Shown here: positions 48,208-59,408 of the stretch, piece after piece
How positions within the stretch are numbered: the first letter of the stretch is position 1
Layout of the letters: every line of letters starts with the position of its first letter
Assembly: GCF_006345805.1 (NCBI RefSeq)
Contig: NC_043000.1
Location: 75,578,001 to 75,642,000 of the forward strand
DNA length: 64,000 bases
Direction: 5' to 3'
Origin: Octopus sinensis
Taxonomy: Eukaryota
The notes under the pieces: model-generated
Seen by the model: the letters and a program-made list of their open reading frames with translations, nothing else
Told to the model about the DNA's origin: nothing
The model's database searches: none
Program-made: the position numbers and the translations under genes

Positions 48208-49014
48208 CTAGCAGCATAGCCCGGCGTTGCCCGGGTATGTAAGAGCCCCTAGTAGGCAACGACTAATCCCAATCTAGTCCTTTCCCTCTAGGGAACGAAG
48301 GCGCATGTGTCGGTTGCAATGTCTTCTCTTCACTCCTAAATAACTATCAAACAGCTATCGATAATTCAACCCAACCAATTCCTACCAGGAAGAAATAACA
48401 TTCGAGACTTTACCCCCAACACCGCCACTTCTGCTAATAGCTGCTGCAGCCGCAAGTTATTCGAATACTTTTTTTGTTTACACTTTCTTTATAACTACCA
48501 CCCCAAACGTTTTACCTTAAATTTTTGATGTACCCTAAGGGTCCTCGGACGCTACTTGCAAACTGTTGGTTTATTATAAACCGCTTTTGTCGTGTGCATC
48601 AAAAAACCTTTTCCATTCGTTTGTTCAGTTTGGTCACTTTTGACTTTTTCGTTGTTGTCACTCACATTGCTGCCCGCTTTTTTGCCGGTTTTGTACATTT
48701 TTATACATTTTGGGATACTTACCCCACGTGTTCCGAGAGTTAAAAAGGTCGAGTCGCGTCCCCTAAACAGTCTGTAGAAAATGTGTTGCATATAAAAAGT
48801 TTAGATTCTCGACCCACGTCGAATTTATCGATTTTTTTTCAGAACTGGGGGAACTTTTCAAAATTTTCGCTGCGTTAGTTTTGAATTATGACATTGGGCT
48901 ACATGTGTGTCAAGTTTCACCAGAATCGGTTGAAAGCAGTGGTCAGGGTGAGGGTACAACCTGACAGACACACAGACACACAGACAGACAAACTGCCGTT
49001 TATATATAGAGAGA
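48208..49014 (-). mobile_element. Non-autonomous Helitron (long variant)
   Basis: Head about 260 bp, near-identical to 17686-17945; different body; hairpin cccgggcaacgccggg and CTAG end at 48208. Confidence 0.8.
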
Positions 49015-49375
49015 TACTGTTATAGTGAGTTAATCACTACTTCAATGAAAGATCTAATGGTCGCCAGTGTAGCTAAAGTCACTTCGTTGCTTGTTGATAT
49101 AACTCAATGGAGTGTCCAATCTAGTTGAAGTGACGACGTCGGCACTGGTAGCTTGTTGATAACTGTCTCTGTGTGTTCGTTCAATAGTAATTGGTATACA
49201 GCGACAGACAGACAAAACCCAACTTGTTCAATAGCAAAGTTTATTCACAGCAGTGGGTTACGAACAATGTAAATGCCTTGTATAAGATTTCTGTTAAGAA
49301 GTAAGTTGAGTTTTATAGAGATGTCTATAGTGTGATAACAGTGAATGAATGCGTAAAGACATTAGATGTACATTG

Positions 49376-50006
49376 GGATCTTTTCGGTTTGAACGGCATT
49401 TTTTAACATAATTTCTAGGTAACTAAAAAATGTTAAACTTCGTATACCGGTAGAATGTGTTTATAAAACATTATTTTCTCTTGGCTCTCTTGAGAAAATT
49501 TTGTAGTTTGTAACATATCTCGTCTTTAATTTCTTGTATTTCGGCAATTTTAACCAATCACTGGCGTCTATTGAGTTAAAAAGCATTCTGTGCCATAAGA
49601 ATATGTCCCTCATTTTAGAAACAGATTGGGTTTATTTACATTTGTGAAGAAATAAAGATACCCTTCCCCCACCCCTAACCCTAATTTAGGGTTAGTTAGG
49701 GTTAGGGGTGGGGGAAGGGTATCTTTTTTTCTTCACAAATGTAAATAAACCCAATCTGTTTCTAAAACGAGGGACATATTCATATGGCACAGAATGCTTT
49801 TTAACTCAATAGACACCAGTGATTGGTTAAAATTGCCGAAATGCAAGAAATTAAAGACGAAATATGTTACAAACTACAAAATTTTCTCAAGGGAGCCAAG
49901 AAAAAAAATAATGTTTTATAAACACATTCTACCGGTATACGAAGTTTAACATTTTTTAGTTACCTAGAAATTATGTTAAAAAATGCCGTTCAAACCGAAA
50001 AGATCC
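49376..50006. mobile_element. Fold-back non-autonomous DNA element, 631 bp, with telomere-like core and 8-bp TSD
   Basis: About 305-bp near-perfect inverted arms; ends GGATCTTTTCGG / CCGAAAAGATCC; TSD gtacattg (49368-49375) / gtactttg (50007-50014); centre ccctaaccctaa...ttagggttagttagggttagggg. Confidence 0.9.
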
Positions 50007-50389
50007 GTACTTTGTGTATATAGAAAGAGACTCGATAGAAATGTTTCTAGTAAACATGAAAAATAACAGCAGTGAGTTCGGTTCGATACTGCTGGCGCAT
50101 GTGGACGAAGAATTGTTCTTGTGTGAGAGACACCAGTGCAAACGCAGTAGAACCAAACTACAAACCGGGAGCCCTTAGAGAAACGAAGTGAAGGAACTCG
50201 ATTAAACAAGGCCGCAGCCACATTTATACATGTGACAATTGGACGCATGTGACAATTACGGTGTTGTTTAAGCCTACTTTGAGATTACAAATGTATGTGT
50301 TAAACTAATGCTAGTACAGACATGTTACACTATTATACAACTTAAATTAAAATTAGGAAAAGTCCAACTTAAGAAAGCGATGGAGATGT

Positions 50390-51715
50390 GCTGCACTAGA
50401 TGAGAAACCTGGCCTTGCGCTGCTGTATAACGATTTGAAGAGGAAATGTCGTTATGTGCAACGACATATCCGCCGATATGAGCGTCGAAAGGAGAGTAAA
50501 AGGACTCGGGGGCAGTTTCTGAAGGACCCGTACGGGTTTACTAAGAAGCTGTTCACTGAACCGAAGAGTGGTACTTTATCGTGCACTAAAGAAGAATTGG
50601 ATGCTCATATCAGCGATCCGCACTGTAACCAGCCGCTGCCACCTCTACATGGGCTAAATCATCTCTCAGGACCTGATATCGAATTCCAGATTGGGGACAT
50701 CAGGGAGAGAGAGGTGAATGAATTCGTAAGAAAAGCTAGAGCAAAGAGTGCCCCAGGAGGTGATGGCGTCTCATATAAAGTCTACAAGTACTGCAATCGT
50801 CTGCGAAAGAAGCTCTTCGTCCTACTCCGACAACTGTGGCGCGAGGAGACTATAGTAGAGGATTGGTGTAAGGCAGAAGGTATATACCTGCCGAAAGAGG
50901 CCAATGCAAAGACCATAAAACAGTTTAGGCCGATTGAATGTGGAAGGCAAGATCTTTATGGGAATTCTGTCGAGGAGAACAGTGACATATTTACAGAGTA
51001 ACGGATATGTTGATGAATCTGTTCAAAAGGCCGGAATCCCCAGGATCCCCCTGGATGCGTTGAACACTGTTTTTTGATTTGGAAAGCGATCCAGGACGCC
51101 AAACAGAACAAGAAAAGTTTGAACGTGGTATGGCTCGACCTAGCTAACGCGTATGGTTCAGTACCACACGAATTACTAATAACAGCCATGGACCACTTCC
51201 ACATTCCTGACAAAGTGATCAAAATAATGAGGATGTACTATGACAGTTTCGAAATGAGGTTTACAACTGGAAATTTTACACCGATTCGAGGTTGGCATTG
51301 CAGCTGGCTGTACAATATCTGTCACGTGGTTTATCTTAGTCATGGAGTTGATTTTGAAAGGTGTAGATTTTTCGGTACAATCGCCTAAGAAAGCCTTCAT
51401 GGATGACATGACACTTCTAGCTACAGATAAACAAATCATGCAGAATGCCCTCTTGAGATTAGACGAACTTGTAAGATGGTCAAGGATGCGATTTAGAGCA
51501 AAAAAGTCGCGTAGTCTGACATTTGTTAAGGGAGTGCAGAAAGAATTTAAGTTTCGAATATCTGAAGAAAGCATTCCAACAGTCAAGGAAGAGCCCGTCA
51601 AGAGCTTGGGACGAGTATACGCTGGAACATTGTCAGAAAGAAGTCGTGGGATTGAAATTATGAAACAGGCCGAGGCTGGGTTATCAGCGATTGATAATTC
51701 GAAGTTAACTATGTC
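50390..51715 (+). mobile_element. RLE-type non-LTR retrotransposon RT fragment (HERO-like)
   Basis: FLKDPYGFTKKLF, KARAKSAPGGDG, PKEANAKTIKQFRPI, QKAGIP, VWLDLANAYGSVPH, AFMDDMT, FRAKKSRSL, EPVKSLGR. Confidence 0.85.
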
Positions 51716-54700
51716 AATGACAAAAGTGTAGAAAAATGTTTAAGGCCAATTTGGAATAACATCAAATATTTGGCCAGAGGAAAAAGATATGCAACTGTTG
51801 AAGTGAGGATGTCAACATTGGAACAGGCGCAAAAGTATTCTGTGGAGCCGCTGCGAACGGATGAGGTGGTACTGTTGCCGATTTATATGGGGGGGAGAAC
51901 CTCCCGAATAAAGATAAGCTGTGTACCACCGGAGGTGGACGCCAAATGGCTTGTAGTGGCAGTACTGTATGACCTAGAGGAAGAAACCACACTTCTTTCA
52001 TCTGTACGAAGGCTTACTTAAAACGACTCCACGAGCTCGAGAAAAAGAAAAAGAGGCGGACCCACCACCACCTTTTAGCGAAGACACAGGAAATTGAGGT
52101 AAGACTTATGGCAGTTCACGTTGGATGTTTAAATGTGTGTGGCCTGACGGCGGGATGGAAGCAAAGTCGCTTCTTAAACGACGTCAGGTCACATAATTTG
52201 GATGTCATTGTTGCTACTGAAACCCGGTTAAAGGGATCAAGAGGACTGCTCCCACTCCTGGACGGATACGAGAAATTTGTTTCTCCAGGTCCGCCGGCAG
52301 GTGGGGGTGGGGTGTTGGTCCTACTAAAAAGAAACCGGGTTTCAGAGAAGAAGTTAATTTTTTCGGACCCAGAAGGTAGGCTGGTCGTCTTAGACCTGAC
52401 TTTCAGATGCGGTAAGAAAATCAGACTGGTGGCAATTTACGCCCGCCACAATGGTCAGTCTGAGTATTTCCGAGACCTAGAGAAGTTTCTTGGTACGGCG
52501 TACCCATTAGTTTTGTTAGGGGACTTTAATGTTATTCACGATGCGCGCATGGATAATGTTGACTCGAACTCAAATAGGATACCTAATGCCGGCTTCTGGG
52601 ATCTACTAAGTCGCTTTCAGCTTGTAGATCCATACAGACTTGAATTCCCGAACACCCCAATGTGGACATGGTTAAGTGGTGACGGGTCTTTTAAGTCCTA
52701 TATAGATAGGATTCTAATTAGAGAAACAGATAGATCCATAGCTAAGTGTCCACATTTCCACTTGGTCAGCTACAGTGATCATAAATTGGTCACTTGTAAG
52801 CTGAACCTAGATAAGTTACAGAGTAGAGGATCTGGTTACTGGAAACTCAATAAGTCTCATTTGGCGAACGAAGAGTACAGAAGCCGGATTAAGTTACTGA
52901 TACTGAGGGCTTTAACAGGTACCATCATTAATAATAAATGGTAGTACACCCTCAAAAGAGCCATTAAATTTGAGTCTGTTAGACATAGCATAGGTTTAGT
53001 GGCTAGAGAGCGTAAGAGAACTGGTTAAGGAATTAGAGGAAGCCGTGTTGACTGGTAGTGCTGCTCAGGCGAAGGCTAAGAGACTGGAATTAAACCAGCA
53101 CCTCGAGGCCAAACACATGGGATGCATTATCAGGGCTAGACTTCGTGCAATGGGGAGTGAGGGGATCAATGCTGCTGGATGGGCTCGGGTGGTGGAAACC
53201 CAACGTGGAAATGATTCCACAATTCGATCTGTGGAGAACCTACAAGGCGAGATTGTGAACGAACCCGATGAGATGTGTCAGGCTTTTCAGGAGCACTTTT
53301 CACAGCTTTTCGGGAAGGGCGATGGACCGGCTGGTAGGTTGGACCTTTCGGACTTCCTTGCCGGGCTGCCGCGTCTCTCGGGGCAGGATGCTGAGTGCTG
53401 TGAAGGTCCGATAACACCTCAGAAGGTGAGAGAGGCTATAACGGACTGTAAAGCTGGTAGGGCGCCGGGACTTGATGGTTTGCCTTGTGAATTATACAAA
53501 AGTATGCCAGATCTGTACGCAGGGGAGTGGTGACTCTGGTCAGGAAGGACCCAAACAAAGGAGATAAGATAGACAACTTTAGGCCCATCACTCTGTTAAA
53601 CGCAGAGGTGAAGATTTTGGCCAAGGAACTAGCAAAAAGATTAAGGCGGGTCGTGAATACTCTGATCGGCAAGGCACAAACCTGTGCCGTCCCCGGCAGA
53701 AGCATTCAGGACAATCTCCATATTCTACGCTATACCTTAGAAGAGTTTGGTAGTGATTCTGGCAAAGGTGGGGCTTTGGTCCATTTAGACCAGTCAAAAG
53801 TATTCGATAGGGTTGACCATCGATACCTGGTGTCCGTGCTGGGTCTTGGCTTTCTTAAGTGGATAATCCAATTATATGATAACATCGATTCGATCGTTCG
53901 GGTGAACGGCTTTCTTTCTAGGCCGTTCTCTATTAAGCGCTCGGTTCGCCAAGGATGTCCGCTCTCGCCGCTTTTGTATGTGATGGCCCTAGAGCCGTTA
54001 CTGCGAAAGTTGAGTGGCAAACCGAGGGGGCCGGCTGTTGGAGAGTCGGTTTCAGCATATGCGGATGACATCACCATTATCGTAACCAAGATGGAACACC
54101 TACAGAGGGTAGGTGAAACCATTAACGTTTACGAGACGGTGGCAAGAGCAGAGATTAATCGGGAAAAGTCAGTCGGCTTGCAACTCGGCACCTGGAGGGG
54201 CAAGTCGATGCCTTCGGATAGCGTCGTGGGACGTTGGACGGAGGGCTCGGTTAAGCTGCTAGGGGTATGGTTTGGACCAGACCTCCAGGTAGAAAAGAAC
54301 TGGGCAGAGGTATTGAGCATGGCGGTGGCTATCCTTGAAAGGGCGGGCGGAGATGGCCGATGTGTTTATCGCATCGGTCATCATTTACCGCCTAACCGTC
54401 GTGCCCTGTCCCGGTTCGTGGTTGAGCAAGCTGGAGAGGCATATCTTCCGCTTTTTGTGGAAGGGCACGACTCCTCTCGTGAGGCGTCCTATTTGCTGCC
54501 AGAAGCCGTTGAATGGAGAACTGGGGATGCTTCGGCTGCTGATGCGCAAACATGCGCTGAGGTTGAGGCATCTCTGGCTACTCCTGAATGGTGAACAGGT
54601 GTGGTCTCCGCTCGCGAAACGAATGTTTCCCAGGTTCACTAGTTTTAGTGGACAAGAAAGCTGGTTCCTTCGTAGATCGAGGTTGGGTACATGGTTTACG

Positions 54701-55600
54701 GAGTGCCGTAAAGCACTCCTACAGTTCCATCGCTCGGGTAATGCTAGCGGTTTTGGTACCACCACATTTTTCTATAGCAGGTTGGTAGAGGCTGGGAACG
54801 ACGATACTCTAGAGGAAACCCTAGGTCTCGGAGATAACCAGTTAGACAGTCTGTTCCGAAGGACGTTCGGGCCAGGGTGTTTGGATAATTTCCAAAAATC
54901 CCTGGCTTGGCAATGTTACCGAGGAGCCTTATCCGTTCGGGATAAGCTCGCATGACACGGTCGAACTACCACTGCCGACTGTCCAAGATGCGGACGGGAG
55001 AGGGAAACTGTCCTGCACGCTATTGTTCAGTGTCCGGGAGTGTCTGAAGTGTGGGCTGATACAGAACATCTGCTGTCAGGTTCAGGAAGAGTACAGCTGT
55101 CGTCTGAGTTAATCGTAAAAATTGACCCGCCGGATTTCCTCACGAAAGAAAGTAAGCAATGTTTTCTCGCAGTAGTAGCAATAGCGAAAGAGGTGGTATG
55201 GAAATCGCGAATGAAAGGTTTGGCGACAGGCAACCTCATCTCCGGTCTCGGGTTGGTGAGATTTTTTATTTTCCACCTTAAAAGGAAGGTGAGGCTGGAA
55301 AGAAGATGCCTGTCAAAGAAAATGTTCAAAGAAAGATGGTTGCATGTTGCGAGGGTGCTGGGAATGAAAGATTCCTCGTGAACATGTCATAAGTCTGCAT
55401 ACAAAAATTCAGTAGGAGAATGGGGCTCGCGGGGTCGGAGCGTAAGCCATCTCTCTGCTTCATCTCATGTTTGTATTTCGTCCTTGTTGTATCTCATTCG
55501 ATTTCATTCGATTTCATTATATTTTGTAAAATTTTAAAAGTCATATAATCATTGTGTGTCTGACCCCAATCAGGCTGTATTGTCCCCCTCTATGTTTGGG
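51715..55600 (+). mobile_element. L1/Tx1-clade LINE (shortened ORF1 + ORF2 APE-RT-zinc finger), degenerate
   Basis: LNVCGL, ATETRL, LLGDFN, SYIDRIL, SDHKLV; NFRPITLLN, DQSKVFDRV, RQGCPLSP, AYADDIT; CPRCGRERETVLHA...C near 54980. Confidence 0.92.
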
Positions 55601-55858
55601 CCCTTAGGATTTCTTCAATTACAATTTACCTAGCATTTTTAAGAGTAGAATGCATCGGGTCATGCCAGGTCCAGTTTTTAAAATTTAAACTCCAATTAAG
55701 CAAAATTTACAGAAAACTCACATTCTGGTGTGTATGTCAAATGTTTTTCTTAATGTGGTTTACACCACACGCAAACGCACACACACACAAAGGGAGCGAA
55801 TTGTTTCACTGACGCTATCACCCTTCTCCTCCTTTGTCTTTGCAAGTTTGCAGCTATT

Positions 55859-56463
55859 AAAGTGAAAACAGTGAATCCGACAGCGATAAAGAAAACGAAT
55901 TGGTACCTGAATGGAGTGAAAATTTAAAAACTGTTTCTTTCGGTGATTTTTCTGAAGAAACTGCACCAAGCCACAGACTTTCCCAGAAGAGTAAAGAGAA
56001 ACGAACTGTTATGCTAAACGTAAACAAAACGAAAGAAAGGATAGTTTGTTATTTCCCACAACCTTAAATGAAATTAAGGCCTATTTTGCCATAAATATTA
56101 TTATGGGTATCAGAAAGTTACCCAGAATAACAAATTCTATCGTAAAATTTTGTTGTATACCCAATTGAATATTAGTTAATATCCCATTTTCTATAGCGAT
56201 GTTTGAACAAAATTTTAATAATTTTATATATTGTTGAATTTACCTGTATCTACCTGCAATTAGAGTCACTTTGTGACAAAAATTATAGTATAGAATTGGT
56301 TGAGGACATTTCATTAAATTATCTTCCAAAATTCACGTTAATATATTGATAAATAAAAAAGTTATTGTTGTTTAATGAAACCAGACTAAATTTATGATTA
56401 CGTTAGAAATTAATTGAAACACATAAGGGGTGTATTTTGGTCAGAAATATAGTAACGAAAGGG
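55859..56463 (+). mobile_element. piggyBac 3' half (5'-truncated paralog of 24667-26595)
   Basis: Aligns with 25030-25400 plus 26292-26595; ends TAGTAACGAAAGGG-TTAA (56464-56467). Confidence 0.88.
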
Positions 56464-56575
56464 TTAAGAAAAACCAAAAAATATTTTATTCTTTATAAAT
56501 GTTGTATTCAAAATAACATTTTCTTTTAAGAATGTGTATATAACAAAGTATGTGTATATAACTACGTGACTTATA

Positions 56576-56971
56576 TCTTTATATATAAGAGTGAAGTTGT
56601 GTGTCTGTCTCCTACGATTTAGATTCCTAACTACTCCCACATTTTGCGGTGCAGTGTAACCAAAACCGGGTATCTTATAGTCGTGAGTCATATCGAGCCC
56701 TTCTGGGTATTAGCGCGCGTCTACGATGAGTCTACGATTTAAAAAAAATTACCATCATATTTTTCCATTTTAATGCATTTTTTTCGCTATTATATAAGGG
56801 AAGTAACTCTCTAAAAATATCTACGATGTGTCAACGATTTAAAAAGAAATTTACCTTAATTTTTTTTCCATTTTTAATGCATTTTTTTCCTATTTTTTGG
56901 CTATAACTCTCTAAAAATGCTTATATAGTTATTTCCCTTACAACCCGAGCAACGCCGGGCGATACTGCTAG
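56576..56971 (+). mobile_element. Non-autonomous Helitron
   Basis: 5' TC; tail ataactctctaaaaatgc...cccgagcaacgccgggcgatactgCTAG shared with the 17686 copy. Confidence 0.8.
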
Positions 56972-57049
56972 TAACATATAAACAAGTACATCTTTTAGAA
57001 CACTGTCATTTTATAAAATTTTGCTGGAAAATTCTTAAATTAACATAAA

Positions 57050-58512
57050 AATTTATTTACATGAAAGAAAATTACCGGAGAACTAATTCTTCCAAATCTT
57101 TCTGTTAAAACTGTATTGAAACCATATGTGAGGAATTTTTTTTATCACAGCAACTGGTCGCGCATCATACGGTTCAATGGAACCTACTGAAGCAAGGCAA
57201 CACGCTTCCAGCATTAGCACGGGTGATGGCGAGGCTAAGGCGTTAGGAAAGCCAAGCGCCCTCACGGACATCACCTGACACCTCGGTGAAACGAGCTACG
57301 AACGTTGACAAGAACTTCACGATTAGTGACCTAGTCCTTCCAAACATCTCAAACGCCACAGGCTGGAAGAGATAGTTCACTGTCAGGTCCCGATACTTCA
57401 GGGTTTTCTTCCGTTCAGCTACGGAAGCAGTGACCCTCCCATTAACTGCAGCGTCCAAGATGTGGGAGGGAACAAAGAAGTCACAGACTGTGGCATCCCA
57501 AATGAGACACTTACCTCTAACCCATGGACAGAGGGTAAGACCATCTGGTTTCTTTTCATCATTTCTAGATAACCCTGACGGTTCCAGAGACCTGAGGGGA
57601 TATTAATCCGAGCTTGGTGTGGCGAGCGAAGCGACCAGCATTTAGGCGGCAAGACAGACCATAAAGACCTGTGGGGTCGGAGGTTTACCACAGCGGCATC
57701 TCAGTCCCCCACAAACGTTAGCTCCCACTCTGAGTGCAATGGAGATCAATCCAGTCTCCCAAGAATCTTGCACTAGCTGAAAGTAGGCGACACCTTGAAA
57801 ATTGATCAGATTGATCAAGGAGAGAGTTGAAAGTGGCACCTGAACACAGATTGTCCCATACTTTGTTTCCGTCTATCCTCCACTGTAACAGGAACTGACG
57901 AATCCAGCTCTCTCCACTGTGATAGAGCTTCATCCTTCTCCCTTTTGGAATTGGTCCATGTTGGCGAGGAGAAGATGTTGCTTACCAAAGGGAAGCAAGC
58001 GTGGATGGAGGAAAGAAAACAGGGAAAAGATAAAGACGAGCACTTGCGCAGACTTAGACACCCCCACCAACCGTTTGGGCAAAGCAGTTTGCTCACGTTG
58101 GTCTGGGGGAGAGTTTGACATTGACTAAGCATTCGAGTTTCCCGAAGATTAGGGCATCCAAGTATTGGAGAGACGACAGGAATCTATTTGAGAGACTAAC
58201 TTTTAAAAGATACAACAGCTTAAGAATTTATAAGTATTAAAAAAAACCTTGGTGGGGCTCAATTACCTCGAGTTTTTTTCAAAGTTGCTCGAGGTTAGCC
58301 ATTTTGAATTTTAAAGATGGACTCGAAGGCTAGGTCAGTAACTAAGGCTCCAAGGGAACACCATGCTGATGAAGGAGGAATCGCGATTGAAGGGAGAGAG
58401 TCAGAAAATAGTTCAGTAGTCTGCTCATGCGAATCGGAGTGGTTGAAGAGCTAGAGCTCGCTTTTGGAGTTGTTAACGATAAGATCTCTACGACCAAGTT
58501 CCTCGATCATCA
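57050..58512 (-). mobile_element. CRE-clade non-LTR element, 3' half (RT C-part, CCHC, RLE)
   Basis: MIEELGRRDLIVNNSKSEL; LRVGANVCGGLRCRCGK; KPDGLTL.PW; IWDATV; ERKKTLKYRDL...FQPVAFEMFG; RLSLAITR.NA. Confidence 0.85.
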
Positions 58513-59315
58513 CCAACTGAGCATCAATATTAATTCATGGTTTGTCGAGAGTGTATTTGGTCTTCACTATATGCGCGGCATTCAATCATTGTGTAAGATG
58601 GCTGTCGAGTGTGAATAGTCATTGTGACGGTGCGTACAAGGTCATCAGTTTTTGTGGTGGTTCGGTCAGGATCACCGGTTTTTGTTCAAAGGTCTAGTGT
58701 CTCCCTTGGTTTTTTCGAAATCTGGTGAATTGGTGAGTTGGTTGGTCAAGTACAACTATCCAATTGTATCCCTACAACAAGTAATTCATAAACAGTGGAG
58801 TATTGGAACCTGTGCATGTTGCTTATTGAGCTGTGTACGTAGAGAGATGGTATTGACGACGTTAAGAAGATGATGGTGGCGACGAAGAAAGAGATTGCCG
58901 TAATGCTATTGGACGAAGTTGGTAAGTCTTAACATGGCTACTGTTATGTTGTCGCTGGAACTGGCTGTGTCTTGTGTGGTCAGTAATAGACCTTAAAAGG
59001 TCTGGAACCTCGAGACGAGGAGTAGCTGGGTTTTTATAAGGAGCTGTAGGTTCAAACTGGGTTGAGAACAGGCTGTCTCACGTGATCATATTTAGAGGCT
59101 CTGATTGGCACTGCATATTGGCGCGGTAGAGTAAGAGACAAATTGCGCCAATACCAACCAATCAGAGTAGTTAACAGAACGGGGTCCAAATAGTGGCCAA
59201 AGGCTAGCTGTTACTTGCTATTTTCGAATGCACGTATATATAATAAAGGGGAGAGAGGAATTTCACTCGAGTGTTCGCTACCCCTCCACTTTTCTATTAT
59301 CTCACTTCTGTTACA
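58513..59315 (-). repeat. LTR-like repeat with CCAAT / E-box / TATA promoter
   Basis: Begins TGTAAC at 59315; CCAAT boxes, CACGTG (59079-59084), TATAAAA (59032-59038). Segments recur at about 47400-47460, 61355-61416 and weakly 900-960. Confidence 0.45.
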
Positions 59316-59408
59316 CAATGGCTTGGCTGGACTTTGCATGGGCGATCTGTTAAAGGGGAGGAAAACAAAGTAAAGTAAATAAATATATAAATTTAAAAGT
59401 TTTGAGCC

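Noticed and set aside
49673-49708. True telomere or chromosome-fusion site
   Set aside because: Only a few TTAGGG units, lying inside a TSD-flanked palindromic element.
49018-50330. Solo LTR hosting the telomeric fold-back
   Set aside because: A TGTTA start and a minus-strand AATAAA are suggestive, but I could not fix the other end or a TSD.
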